From: Eledone cirrhosa | Taxonomy: Eukaryota | Length of the DNA stretch: 64,000 nucleotides | Direction: 5' to 3' | NCBI GenBank assembly: GCA_964016885.1 | Contig: OZ024752.1 | Location: 7,068,001 to 7,132,000, forward strand | Notes under the pieces: model-generated | What the model saw: only the letters and a program-made list of their open reading frames with translations | What the model was told of the DNA's origin: nothing | Databases searched by the model: none | Shown here: piece by piece, positions 27,442 through 40,544 of the stretch | Layout of the letters: each line of letters begins with the position of its first letter | Numbering within the stretch: position 1 is the first letter of the stretch | Translations under genes and position numbers: made by a program

Positions 27442-27834
27442 AAGCCCATCAGAGGGAATGGACCTGAAAGGGCTCGCTTTGTCATACATGGCATCATGAT
27501 AAATCTCCTTGAGAATTATGTTAAGTGTAACAGAGGAATGCTCGGCCACTTATGTTAATTCCATGAGCAGGCTGTACCATTAAATAACTGGAACACTCAT
27601 CCTTGACACTGACTGAGGTCCATTCCACTCCACCTTATCTGTTAAAACTATCTTTGTCCACAGCTTAATTACCTTACAAATATTAGCCCTCTCCTTAATT
27701 AGAGATCAGCTTAATTTAAAAAAAAAATGAAAATCAATTATGAATATTCTTGAAGAAAATTACGTTGTGTTAAAGATTCCTCATCTATTTTTATTTGGGG
27801 GCAGGGGCGAAAGAGGGAGAGAAATGGCGAAAAG

Positions 27835-27871
27835 GGAGAATGAGAGAGAGGAGTATATATAGAGAAAGAGA

Positions 27872-27917
<46 letters not shown>

Positions 27918-27918
27918 A

Positions 27919-27951
<33 letters not shown>

Positions 27952-28478
27952 AACAGATGAAGGGGAGAGAGAAGAATTGAAGAGAAAGAGAGGAATAGTG
28001 TAGAGAGAGAGGAATAGTGTAGAGAGAGAGAGGGGAGAGAGAAGAATTGAAGAGAAAGAGAGGAATAGTGTAGAGAGAGAGAAGAGAGAGAAGAATTGAA
28101 GAGAAAGAGAGAAGAATTGAAGAGAAAGAGAGGAATAATGTAGAAAGAGAGGAATAGTGTAGAGAGAGAGAAGAATTGAAGAGAAAGAGAGGAATAGTGT
28201 AGAGAGAGAGAGAGGAGAGAGAAGAATTGAAGAGAAAGAGAGGAATAGTGTAGAAAGAGAGGAATAGTGTAGAGAGAGAGAGAGGAGAGAGAAGAATTGA
28301 AGAGAAAGAGAGGAATAGTGTAGAGAGAGAGGAGAGAGAGCGGGATGGAAGAGGGAGAGGGATGGAAGAGAGAGAGAGAGGAGAGAGAGAGAGAGAAGAA
28401 TCAGGAAGCAGGTAGGAGAGAGAGAGAAGAAGTAGGGAGCAGGGAGCAGAGAGAGAGAGAGAAAGGGAAGAGAGAGAG
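27835..28478 (+). repeat. Purine-rich (GA)n plus AGAAGAATTGAAGAGAAAGAGAGGAATAGTGT repeats
   Basis: Direct. Confidence 0.9.
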
Positions 28479-28932
28479 GTTTTTAAATATTTGTGGATAT
28501 GAATAAAAAATATTCAAGAAATATAAAAATCTTTATAATTTAATCAAACAAAAACATCTCCCAGTCAGTGTTTTTTCAAAACAGATCAATGATATTGAAT
28601 ATTAAAATATATAAACATTCATTTCTATACATAAACACACAATAATGTTGAATATAAAGAACCCAGCCATTGGACCCCGACTTCTTTTAGTGTATACATA
28701 TATATATATATATAGATATATAGATATATGTATATATATAGATAGATATATATATATATATAGTAATAATAAATGTGAAGACTAAAATCCGAAGAGGGCT
28801 CGATAAGGATTATATATATATAAAAATATATATAAACCCGTAGAGCAAATATTTATTATAAGTACAGATTAAAGATTAAGCAAAGAATTGCTGCTTTCAC
28901 CCTTAACGGGATCTGCTATATATTAACAGGGC

Positions 28933-29333
28933 CTAGAAACAAGGGGTCTTAAAGTCAACTTGATAAAGACTATGATCTTTATCAAGACATAAGTAGAAGA
29001 TAAAACTGAACCCTGATCGCCTCAGGAAAAAGGCCTTGCTCAGTAAGTAGGAAAGGTAAGGTAGAAATTCCATCCTCTGCCCCAAATGCAAGCTATGGGT
29101 ACACAAGAGATGTAGTGGGATCTCAGGTGGTTTAGTTAAAAATGTAGGGTTTACATGTAGTGGTTGCACCAGGGCAGTAAGTAGCAAACGACCACAGGAA
29201 ATAAGTGCTATCAAATTCTGGGAAGGCTCGAGAGAAGCAGTAGACAGCTTCTGCTACCTGTGACCAAATTAGCAGCGAAGGTGGGTCTTCCGAAAGTACA
29301 GTAGCCAGAGTGAGAACAGGATGGAAGAAATTC
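28933..29333 (+). mobile_element. Decayed RTE RT fragment (same family as 12623) with Cys/His insert
   Basis: LETRGLKVNLIKT..SGKRPCSVSRKG..NSILC.KCKLWVHKRCSG..FTCSGC..VDSFCYL..ARVRTGWKKF, with frameshifts. Confidence 0.88.
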
Positions 29334-29511
29334 TTAACCCTTTAGCATTTAAACTGGCCATATCTGGCTAGAATTGTTTCACCTCTTTCAGTTAAAACTG
29401 GCTGTAACCGGCTGCTCATACTGATGTTAAGGTATTGTTCTCAAAATAAATAACATCAAAATCTCATAGATTCAATATTATGTGAGATAAAGCCTTTGCT
29501 ACAAGGGTTAA
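29334..29511 (+). mobile_element. piggyBac-like MITE family A (internally deleted), at the point where the RTE fragment ends
   Basis: TTAACCCTTTAGCATTTAAA ... AAGGGTTAA. Confidence 0.85.
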
Positions 29512-29629
29512 TACAAACAACTTTGCAGAGTATACTAGATGCATTTTATCATGGCCCCAGCACAGAAATGCACCTAGAATGTGCATCTGTGATTTTGTTA
29601 GTTTATATAGACAGTATGCGCCCAACCCC

Positions 29630-29945
29630 CTCCCACTGTAAAGTGGTCGTGTAGGTGTCACGACAAAAAAGCAACCAGTCCACACTGTAAAGTGGTCGTG
29701 TAGGTGTCACAACAAAAAACACCCAGTCCACACTGTAAAGTGGTCGTGTAGGCACCACGGTAAAAAAACACTAAGTACTCACTGTAAATGAGGTTGGTGT
29801 TAGGAAGAGCATTCAGCTGTTGAAATCAAGCCAAAATCAGTTCTGTATAAGACCTGGTCACCCGACCTGGCATTGCCCACAACAGGACAACCCGTCTAAC
29901 CCATGCTAGCGTGGAAGAATGGACTTAAAATGGTGATGATGATAT
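29630..29945 (+). mobile_element. RTE 3' UTR/tail with ~3 internal 48-bp repeats
   Basis: ccacactgtaaagtggtcgtgtaggtgtcac repeats, taacccatgctagcgtggaa..atgatgat. Confidence 0.85.
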
Positions 29946-30540
29946 CACATAACAGCATTTTGACAAAAACAGAAAATATAGATATACAATATAGATCAAT
30001 AAAGATCAATAATGTAGGTACCAGAATAAAATAAAATAAGTAGTGGGGTTGATACAATTGACTAAAATCCCTCCAAGTCGTTGCACCAGCTTGGAACCTG
30101 TCTAATTACTGAAACCAGTCAAAGAATAAAATATAGAAAACTAGATAAAAAGAAACCAAATATAAAAGTGAGAGACTTTATGGAGATGTGAAGACAGCGT
30201 TACAAATGTGTCTGGAGAACTAAATAATAATAAAATGGTTAGCGCTGAGTTTGGCACAGTTCCAACATGTCTACTCCCAACAAATGCTTTGTTTTTTGTT
30301 TGGTTTTTAATCACTGTTGCAATGTTTAAGATTTCATTGAAAGAAAAAAGAAAAAAAGGGAATAAAAAAATGTATTCTCTCTGTTCTTAATTTTGTCCCT
30401 TACCTCACACATTTATATATATATATATACACACACACACATATATACATACATATATACATACATACATATCTACACATACATATACATACATATATAC
30501 ATACATACATACATATACACATACATATATATATATGAAG

Positions 30541-30663
30541 TGAAGGCGTGTGGCTGAGTGGTTAGAGAATTGGATACGCAATCGTGAGGTTGTGAGTTCG
30601 ATTCCTGGACCGACCGTGATGCATTATGTCCTTGAGCAAGACACTTTATTTCACGTTGCTCCT
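30541..30663 (+). mobile_element. tRNA-CORE SINE 5' part
   Basis: TGGCTGAGTGG, GAGTTCGATTCC, ccttgagcaagacactttatttcacgttgctcc. Confidence 0.85.
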
Positions 30664-30762
30664 TCTACCTGGAGTTGCGACCGATAGATAGTATTAGCAA
30701 TTGGAAAGACCGACGGAAACATTGTTTCCTCGGTCCGATTTGACGAAAGTCGATCGCTAAAA

Positions 30763-30834
30763 CTATATATATATATATATACACATACATATCTACACAT
30801 ATATATACATATATACATACATACATATACACAT

Positions 30835-30875
<41 letters not shown>

Positions 30876-31045
30876 TATATATATACACATACATATATAT
30901 ATATATATATACACATACATATATATATATACACATACATATATATATATACACATACATTTACGCATACATACATACATACATATATATACACATATAT
31001 ATACACATACATACATACATATATATATACATACGTGTATATACT
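30763..31045 (+). repeat. (TA/CA)n microsatellite
   Basis: Direct. Confidence 0.93.
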
Positions 31046-31299
31046 GCATAACTGACATGAGAAAAAGTACTCAATACCACAGTAGAGTTTAAATATGTAT
31101 TTGATATGGTTTAGTAGTGACTCCAGAGTAACAAAGCTCACTGCTTAGCATATTAAATGTATTTGTGTATGTATGTATATATCACCTTGACCACCTTGAC
31201 CGACCAGTCTGTCGGGCGCCACTGGTCACAGCACGTGCTGTTTTAGCCATACGATGACGCCATCCCACTGGCTGGGCGGGCAGGCCGTAAGTCTAAAGT

Positions 31300-31547
31300 C
31301 TGTCTTAAGCCAGAAGGCTCATTTGGCCGGTGCTTATCTCGGTTTCATGGCGTGAAGCGACAGAGTACAAGACTCCCCCTGGACAGGATGCCAGTCCATC
31401 GCAGGGTTAAACCCCCAGCTATTACTGGAGCAACGTGAAATCAAGTGTCTTGCTCAAGGAAACAACACATCACCCGGTCTGAGAATTGAACTCACAACCT
31501 TTCGATTGCAAGTCTACTGCTCTAACCACTAAGCCATGTGCCTTCAC
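31300..31547 (-). mobile_element. tRNA-CORE SINE with alternative 3' module (CCTGCGATGGACTGGCATCCTGTCCAGGGG...)
   Basis: Head nearly identical to 5580-5702 but different tail. Second copy at 60880-61170. Confidence 0.82.
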
Positions 31548-31661
31548 ATCTATAGATGTATGTATGTATGTGTATGTATATATATATATATATATGTCTA
31601 ACCCATGCTAGGATGGACGATTGACATTAAACAATGATGATTATATATATATATATATATA

Positions 31662-31953
31662 TTCAATTCTCAGACCGAGTGATGTGTTGTTTCCTTGAGC
31701 AAGACACTTTATTTCACGTTGCTCCAGTTTACTCAGCTGTAGAAATGAGATGATAGGGACTTGCGTCCCTATCATTCCACTGTAAAGTGGTCGTGGAGGT
31801 GCCACGGCAAAAATACACCCAGCCCTCACTGTAAATGAGGTTGGTGTTAGGAAGGGCATCCAGCTGTAGAAATCAAGCCAGAATCAGTTCCCGTCCCACC
31901 CTTGCAAGCAGGGAAAAGTGGACGTAAAATGAAATGATGATGATGAATGATGA
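31662..31953 (+). mobile_element. CORE SINE with RTE tail, 5'-truncated
   Basis: Reverse complement of 5367-5650 and 58847-59122. Ends (GAT)n. Confidence 0.88.
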
Positions 31954-32412
31954 TATATATATATAATGTGTCTATGAGAAAATCCCATTAGCATTTTCTA
32001 CTGTTTTTCCTTTTTTACTATTACACACACCCCACCCCACACACACAACACAACACACGCAATGGGAATATACAATGATACCTTACAGATAATAGAATAT
32101 CATTAACAAAATTCCCTTTAAAAAACCAGGTCAGTTTTATTCATCCCACCTTATATAATAACCTTAATCCTTTTATCTTTTACCTGTGTCTCCCCTGCCC
32201 CACAGGCTGCACCCAGCTCATCATTCCCAGGTTCTCACACAATTTCCTTTCCCACACTCAGGCATGTAAATCTATGTCAAGGACAAGATGATCTCCTATG
32301 TGATGCACTGTTCAGAAAATACATGAATGTCTCTGTAAAGTGTTACTGAGTGAGATAAGATCCTGGCCCATTTCAGAGATCAATGACTCACTTGGTCAGT
32401 GATCACCCGTCC

Positions 32413-33020
32413 AAGTCTCTCTACAGGTGTAAAAGTCTCTCTACAGGTGTAAAAGTCTCTCTATAGGTGTAAAAGTCTCTCTATAGGTGTAAAAGTCTCT
32501 CTATAGGTGTAAAAGTCTCTCTACAGGTGTAAAAGTCTCTCTACAGGTGTAAAAGTCTCTCTACAGGTGTAAAAGTCTCTCTATAGGTGTAAAAGTCTCT
32601 CTATAGGTGTAAAAGTCTCTCTATAGGTGTAAAAGTCTCTCTACAGGTGTAAAAGTCTCTCTATAGGTGTAGAAGTCTCTCTATAGGTGTAGAAGTCTCT
32701 CTATAGGTGTAAAAGTCTCTCTACAGGTGTAAAAGTCTCTCTATAGGTGTAAAAGTCTCTCTATAGGTGTAGAAGTCTCTACAGGTGACAAAGTCCCTAC
32801 AGGTGTAGAAGTCTCTCTACAGGTGTAAAGGTCTCTCTACAGGTGTAAAAGTCTCTCTACAGGTGTAAAAGTCTCTCTACAGGTGTAAAAGTCTCTCTAC
32901 AGGTGTAAAAGTCTCTACAGGTGTAAAAGTCTCTACAGGTGTAGCAGTATCTACAGGTGTAGCAGTCTCTCTACAGGTGTAAAAGTCTCTCTACAGGTGT
33001 AAAAGTCTCTACAGGTGTAG
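32413..33020 (+). repeat. 20-bp minisatellite (AAAAGTCTCTCTAYAGGTGT)n, ~30 units
   Basis: Period 20. Confidence 0.96.
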
Positions 33021-33110
33021 CTTTCTTCCTTTAAACTACCAAACGTTGGAACTCACTTCCATCTCATTATTTTCCCATCACCTGAACACTTTCAAGTCTA
33101 AAAAGTTAAT
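33021..33110 (+). mobile_element. Possible non-RTE LINE ORF2 C-terminal remnant
   Basis: FF.*TTKRWNSLPSHYFP resembles the WNSLP motif at the end of CR1/Jockey-type ORF2. Confidence 0.4.
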
Positions 33111-33197
33111 TTAGTCCTTCTTCATAGCCCCCCCCCCCCCCTTACACTAAGTGGCAGCAGGTGATTTGGGATCAAAAGGGTTCAATGAGGAATTATA

Positions 33198-33715
33198 GTG
33201 ATGGTGGTGGTGGTGATGGTGGTGGTGGTGGTGGTGGTGGTGGTGGTGGTGGTGGTGATGGTGGTGATGGTGGTGATGGTGGTGATGATGGTGGTGGTGG
33301 TGGTGGTGGTGATGGTGGTGATGGTGGTGGTGGTGATGGTGATGATGGTGATGGTGGTGGTGGTGATGATGGTGATGGTGGTGATGATGGTGATGGTGAT
33401 GGTGGTGGTGGTGATGGTGGTGATGGTGATGGTGGTGGTGGTGATGGTGGTGGTGGTGATGATGATGGTGGTGATGATGATGATGGTGGTGGTGGTGATG
33501 GTGGTGGTGGTGGTGGTGATGGTGGTGGTGATGATGATGGTGGTGATGATGATGGTGGTGATGATGATGGTGGTGATGATGATGGTGGTGGTGATGGTGG
33601 TTGTGGTGGTGGTGGTGGTGGTGGTGGTGGTGGTGGTGGTGGTGGTGGTGGTGATGGTGGTTGTGGTGGTGGTGATGGTGGTGGTGGTGATGACAATGAT
33701 GTAGCTGATGATGAA
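33198..33715 (+). repeat. (GGT/GAT)n microsatellite
   Basis: Direct. Confidence 0.96.
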
Positions 33716-33827
33716 GGTGTTGCTGAAGGTGATAAATTATTTTATTTCTTAATCTTTCTCCAGGAAATTGTGTTATAATTTGTTGTTTCTAAGTTGGAAT
33801 TAATCCTCGGAACATGTTGAGGAGATT

Positions 33828-34190
33828 AACAACAACAACAACACAGACAACAACACACAACAACAACAACACACAACAACAACCAACAACAACCAACAAC
33901 AACACACAACAACACACAACACAAACACAAAACAACACACAACAACAGACAACAACAACACACAACAGACAACAACAACACACAACAACAGACAACAACA
34001 ACAACAGATAAAGCAGAAAAACAACAAGAAAACCAAAAAAATAGAAATAAATAACCAATAACAATAAAAAAAATATATATATATATATATAAATATATAT
34101 AAAAATAAACTATATATAAATATATATAAATCTAAAATATATATAAATATATATAAAAATAAAATATATATAAATATAAAATTTAAAAAA
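33828..34190 (+). repeat. (CAA/CA)n and (TA/A)n low-complexity tract
   Basis: Direct. Confidence 0.85.
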
Positions 34191-34601
34191 TTGCTACAAG
34201 AACTTTTATGATGAGGTGATCTTCCTAAGAAGTTAATCAGAAATTTGGAAGATTAAGTACAACATATGAAATATTTCCCTGATATTTCTAAAGAAGTCTT
34301 TGATTTTGTGGAAAGAAAAATGACTTTAAAACATTGATTACATCAGACAATTCCAATAGTCTTAGACTGGTCTTCCAGGAGGAAGACAGACAGAATAGAA
34401 AAAAAAGATTCTTATAGTTGGAACAACAACAATACATTAATTCTCAACCAATAAAAATATAAATGTATTGCACGGAAGGAAATATCAATACAGATATCAT
34501 CAGCATCATATCATTTAACATCTATGTTGGCGTGGGTTGGATGGGTTGTGGACACACCAAGTCATTAATTAATCAGAGCCACAATTCACCTAGACATTTT
34601 G

Positions 34602-35575
34602 CTTCCATACATTCCAGTTTTTGTATAGTTTCTCCAGCTGGTTGTCCTTCCTTCCATACATTCCAGTTTTTGTATAGTTTCTACAGCTGGTTGTCCTTCC
34701 TTCCATACATTCCAGTTTTTGTATAGTTTCTACAGCTGGTTGTCCTTCCTTCCATACATTCCAGTTTTTGTATAGTTTCTACAGCTGGTTGTCCTTCCTT
34801 CCATACATTCCAGTTTTTGTATAGTTTCTACAGCTGGTTGTCCTTCCTTCCATACATTCCAGTTTTTGTATAGTTTCTACAGCTGGTTGTCCTTCCTTCC
34901 ATACATTCCAGTTTTTGTATAGTTTCTACAGCTGGTTGTCCTCCCTTCCATACATTCCAGTTTTTGTATAGTTTCTACAGCTGGTTGTCCTCCCTTCCAT
35001 ACATTCCAGTTTTTGTATAGTTTCTACAGCTGGTTGTCCTCCCTTCCATACATTCCAGTTTTTGTATAGTTTCTACAGCTGGTTGTCCTCCCTTCCATAC
35101 ATTCCAGTTTTTGTATAGTTTCTACAGCTGGTTGTCCTTCCTTCCATACATTCCAGTTTTTGTATAGTTTCTACAGCTGGTTGTCCTTCCTTCCATACAT
35201 TCCAGTTTTTGTATAGTTTCTACAGCTGGTTGTCCTTCCTTCCATACATTCCAGTTTTTGTATAGTTTCTACAGCTGGTTGTCCTTCCTTCCATACATTC
35301 CAGTTTTTGTATAGTTTCTACAGCTGGTTGTCCTTCCTTCCATACATTCCAGTTTTTGTATAGTTTCTACAGCTGGTTGTCCTTCCTTCCATACATTCCA
35401 GTTTTTGTATAGTTTCTACAGCTGGTTGTCCTTCCTTCCATACATTCCAGTTTTTGTATAGTTTCTACAGCTGGTTGTCCTTCCTTCCATACATTCCAGT
35501 TTTTGTATAGTTTCTACAGCTGGTTGTCCTTCCTTCCATACATTCCAGTTTTTGTATAGTTTCTACAGCTGGATA
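34602..35575 (+). repeat. 49-bp minisatellite (TTTCTACAGCTGGTTGTCCTTCCTTCCATACATTCCAGTTTTTGTATAG)n, ~20 units
   Basis: Period 49. Contains the RTE/SINE tail motif tttctacagctggatgcccttcc. Preceded by a decayed tail start at 34497-34546. Confidence 0.96.
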
Positions 35576-35801
35576 TCCTCTCTTACATCCATTCCTATGA
35601 GAGACTTCCTATGAGATACAACCTCACAGGAGGCCAGATAAACCTACATACCATATTTGCTGGCGCCAAAGACATGCCCTAATTTTGACAACCAAAAATT
35701 AGAAAAGAAAATAATAAACAACCTTCGACCTGCAGGATGCATGGTAGATTTTTTAGACTTATTTTAGGAAAAAAGTAGCGTCTTCAACGCCGAGAAATAC
35801 A

Positions 35802-36050
35802 GTAAGTGTGAACTGTAACAGCATGTGTGTGTGATGGGGCTTGGGCCTCTCTTGTTAAAACACCCAAGAAACCTCCTATGAGATACGACCTCATAAGAGG
35901 CTAGCTAAACCTACGTAAGTGTAGAACTGTAACAGCATGTGTGTGTGTGATGGGGCTTGGGTCTCTGTTGTTAAAACACCCAAGAAACCTCCTACGAGAT
36001 ACGACCTCATAAGAGGCCAGCTAAACCTACGTAAGTGTAGAACTGTAACA
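35802..36050 (+). repeat. ~112-bp tandem duplication containing hairpin CCTC.TATGAG-N7-CTCATA.GAGG
   Basis: gtaagtgt.gaactgtaacag recurs three times. Confidence 0.85.
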
Positions 36051-37154
36051 GAAATAACAGAAGGAATTCTCAACACAGATTTCGACAATGTTATGGAATT
36101 CTCATAGAATGTTTTCATGTTTTTTTCTAGAATCTCTTTACAGAAGAGTGAAGCCTTAGAAATCAAGTGAAGATTGATTGTTGAGCCAAGAAGAGATGGA
36201 ATCTTACCAAAGCCATAAAAACGGTTTCAATAAAATGTTTATATAAATAACATTAATGTTTCTCCCATTGAAAATTATTGCTAAATCTTCCTTTGTGTTT
36301 TAATGTCTCTAAAAATAGTAAAATATGACATTTAACCTGGGAAGTAGGAGAGGCAATGGTTGGGAAATACAGGGGAGAATATATAGAGAGAGGTCTTATC
36401 TGTTATATTGGTTATATAGAGAGAGGGAGAGTCAGGGGGAGAGAGATGAGAGATGGTGGGAGAGGGGAGTCAGGGAGAGAGATGGTGGGAGAGGGGAGTC
36501 AGGGAGAGAGATGGTGGGAGAGGGGGAGTCAGGAAGAGAGATGGTGGGAGAGAGATGGTGAGAGAGAGAGGTAAAAGGGGAGATGAGTAGAGAAAGAGGT
36601 GAGAAAGAGAGGAACAGGGAGAGAGGGAGGAATAGGGATAGAGGGTGAGAGGGAGGTGAGAGGGGTTGCAGGGAAGATGACCATAAAATATATTTTGTTG
36701 TTGTAAAACTAGATTATTTAGTGTCCTTTATTCTTTTAAGGGAGATTTTACTGCTACTTCTAGCAGGTTGAACAACCATGTAAAACCTTCCACAATATCT
36801 CCAGTAAAAGACAGAGTCTTATATTTCTTGTTTTCCTAATAACAAAAAATAACAGAGATCTAATGAGCCAAGAAAGAGAAGATTAATATATATTTAATGT
36901 CACACTCATTTTAGGAATGTTACATCATACTGTACTGAAAACAACACCCAGACAAACCCCCAGAATTCGTCAGACTGTACTGAAATGAACCCCCAGAGTT
37001 CATCAGACTGTACTGAAAACAACAGCCAGAGTTTATGAAAAACTGAGGGGGAAGGAGGGCTTCAGTTTGATGTCCCAACTAACATTCAAATATTGTTTCC
37101 AGCAATTGAACCCATAGTTGGAGTCCTTACGCGTAAAGGTGTCCTACACAGCTT

Positions 37155-38180
37155 GTCAGATTCATCATGACACATCCACCCTACATACCAGTACCCTAGC
37201 CTTGATCTAGGAACAACCTCCACTGTCAGGTTCACCATGACACATCCACCCTACATCCCAGTACTCTAGCCTTGATCTAGGAACAACCTCCACTGTCAGG
37301 TTCACCATGGTACATCCACCCTACATCCCAGTACCCTAGCCTTGATCTAGGAACAACCTACACTCAGGTTCACCATGGTACATCCACCCTACATACCAGT
37401 ACCCTAGCCTTGATCTAGGAACAACCTACACTGTCAGGTTCACCATGGTACATCCACCCTACATACCAGTACCCTAGCCTTGATCTAGGAACAACCTCCA
37501 CTGTCAGGTTTACCATGGTACATCCACCCTACATACCAGTACCCTAGCCTTGATCTAGGAACAACCTACACTCAGGTTCACCATGGTACATCCACCCTAC
37601 ATCCCAGTACCCTAGCCTTGATCTAGGAACAACCTACACTGTCAGGTTCACCATGGTACATCCACCCTACATACCAGTACCCTAGCCTTGATCTAGGAAC
37701 AACCTCCACTGTCAGGTTTACCATGGTACATCCACCCTACATACCAGTACCCTAGCCTTGATCTAGGAACAACCTACACTCAGGTTCACCATGGTACATC
37801 CACCCTACATCCCAGTACCCTAGCCTTGATCTAGGAACAACCTACACTGTCAGGTTCACCATGGTACATCCACCCTACATCCCAGTACCCTAGCCTTGAT
37901 CTAGGAACAACCTCCACTGTCAGGTTCACCATGGTACATCCACCCTACATCCCAGTACCCTAGCCTTGATCTAGGAACAACCTCCACTGTCAGGTTCACC
38001 ATGGTACATCCACCCTACATCCCAGTACCCTAGCCTTGATCTAGGAACAACCTCCACTGTCAGGTTCACCATGACACATCCACCCTACATACCAGTACCC
38101 TAGCCTTGATCTAGGAACAACCTACACTCAGGTTCACCATGGTACATCCACCCTACATCCCAGTACCCTAGCCTTGATCT
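37155..38180 (+). repeat. 68-70-bp minisatellite (AGGTTCACCATGGTACATCCACCCTACATMCCAGTACCCTAGCCTTGATCTAGGAACAACCTMCACT[GT]C)n, ~14 units
   Basis: Period 70 or 68. Confidence 0.95.
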
Positions 38181-38454
38181 ACAGAGTACACCTCCCCTGT
38201 ACAGGAGCTGCCATATTAACCAACTCGATACAGACCTGTACAGCATCTTCAGATTCATGACTCGATGTACCTGTGCTCCCAGACATTGAGTACCTGTGCT
38301 CCCAGACATTGCTTCATCACTCTTTCGTAGAAAGCATCACACACATACAAGTTGATAACCAAGGCCTCAATAGACACAAGTTATCTGCTCCATGACATGG
38401 CTGAGGTCACCTAGGCCTCAATAAACCGAAGTCTTACCCTCCACAACATGTCTT

Positions 38455-39776
38455 TACCTTTTAAACCCTTTCATGACTGTATACCTAATGAAATACACTA
38501 CCTTTAAAACCCTTTCATGACTGTATACCTAATGAAATACACTACCTTTTAAACCCTTTCATGACTGTATACCTAATGAAATACACTACCTTTTAAACCC
38601 TTTCATGACTGTATACCTAATGAAATACACTACCTTTTAAACCCTTTCATGACTGTATACCTAATGAAATACACTACCTTCAAAACCCTTTCATGACTGT
38701 ATACCTAATGAAATACACTACCTTCAAAACCCTTTCATGACTGTATACCTAATGAAATACATTACCCTTTAAACCCTTTCATGACTGTATACTTAATGAA
38801 ATACACTACCTTTAAAACCCTTTCATGACTGTATACCTAATGAAATACACTACCTTCAAAACCCTTTCATGACTGTATACCTAATGAAATACACTACCTT
38901 CAAAACCCTTTCATGACTGTATACTTAATGAAATACACTACCTTTTAAACCCTTTCATGACTGTATACCTAATGAAATACACTACCTTTTAAACCCTTTC
39001 ATGACTGTATACCTAATGAAATACACTACCCTTTAAACCCTTTCATGACTGTATACTTAATGAAATACACTACCTTTTAAACCCTTTCATGACTGTATAC
39101 CTAATGAAATACATTACCCTTTAAACCCTTTCATGACTGTATACTTAATGAAATACACTACCTTCAAAACCCTTTCATGACTGTATACCTAATGAAATAC
39201 ACTACCTTTTAAACCCTTTCATGACTGTATACCTAATGAAATACACTACCTTCAAAACCCTTTCATGACTGTATACCTAATGAAATACACTACCTTTTAA
39301 ACCCTTTCATGACTGTATACCTAATGAAATACACTACCTTTTAAACCCTTTCATGACTGTATACTTAATGAAATACACTACCTTCAAAACCCTTTCATGA
39401 CTGTATACCTAATGAAATACACTACCTTTTAAACCCTTTCATGACTGTATACCTAATGAAATACACTACCTTCAAAACCCTTTCATGACTGTATACCTAA
39501 TGAAATACACTACCTTTTAAACCCTTTCATGACTGTATACCTAATGAAATACATTACCTTTTAAACCCTTTCATGACTGTATACCTAATGAAATACATTA
39601 CCCTTTAAACCCTTTCATGACTGTATACCTAATGAAATACATTACCTTTTAAACCCTTTCATGACTGTATACCTAATGAAATACACTACCTTTTAAACCC
39701 TTTCATGACTGTATACCTAATGAAATACACTACCTTTTAAACCCTTTCATGACTGTATACCTAATGAAATACACTA
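38455..39776 (+). repeat. 44-bp minisatellite (TTTTAAACCCTTTCATGACTGTATACCTAATGAAATACACTACC)n, ~30 units
   Basis: Period 44. Monomer homologous to MITE-B left end and the 48-bp monomer. MITE body remnants follow to ~40155. Confidence 0.96.
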
Positions 39777-40544
39777 TTTTGTTTTTCAGTTTCATAAAAT
39801 ATATTTTACAAATCTGTTTATACCAAAACAAAACACTATTAAAGGGAACAAAAAAAAATAATGGAAATGAAAGAATAAAAAATAATTGAACAATGAAAGT
39901 GGGTGGGGGGGGGGGGGTGAGAGAGACCCCCCAGTCTGGGCAGTGATTCAGTTGTACCCCACAGGCAAAATGGCAGGTTTCAATTAATTAAGAACTTTGA
40001 GTTGTTTTTACTAAAATTGATAATTTCATTACTAGGATAGTAACTTAACATCTGGTTCTGATATAAAATTGTTGGAAGGTTTTAATTTATATAGAAACCC
40101 TTTAAATTGGGTGGTTTTGTTTTTTGGGGGCTGGGTTGGTATCAAAATGTTTAATGCCTGCATATCATGTCTGTCAAAGATATAAACAGTAGGTAAAACA
40201 TGGGATTATCTCAAATATCTAAATATTTCAGAGTCAAAAGAATTTGTGATGAGAAAACTAAGGTGTTTAATATTTCAGATTTGTGATCGAGGGGGGGGGG
40301 GGTAGTAAGAGTGAGAGGGTGTGGAAAGTACTGAAGATGGGGGTGGAGAGGATGAGGAAGGAGTACTGGTTAAGAGGGGGAGTGTGAATGAGAGAGTGAG
40401 GAAGGAGTAACAGTGAGATATGAAATGTGAGGGGGTGAGGGGAGGCGGGAGTGTATAAAGAGGGTGAAGACAGAGTTAGGGGGGGGGGCTGTTAAACAAG
40501 TCTGACTAACCCAAACTGATTGATGTATTATAGTAGGGTGTGGT

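Noticed and set aside
28785-28850. CCGAAGAGGG..CCCGTAG hammerhead-like fragment
   Set aside because: Core nucleotides and stems do not fit.
33161-33778. Gly/Asp-rich or Pro-rich ORFs
   Set aside because: Trinucleotide microsatellite.
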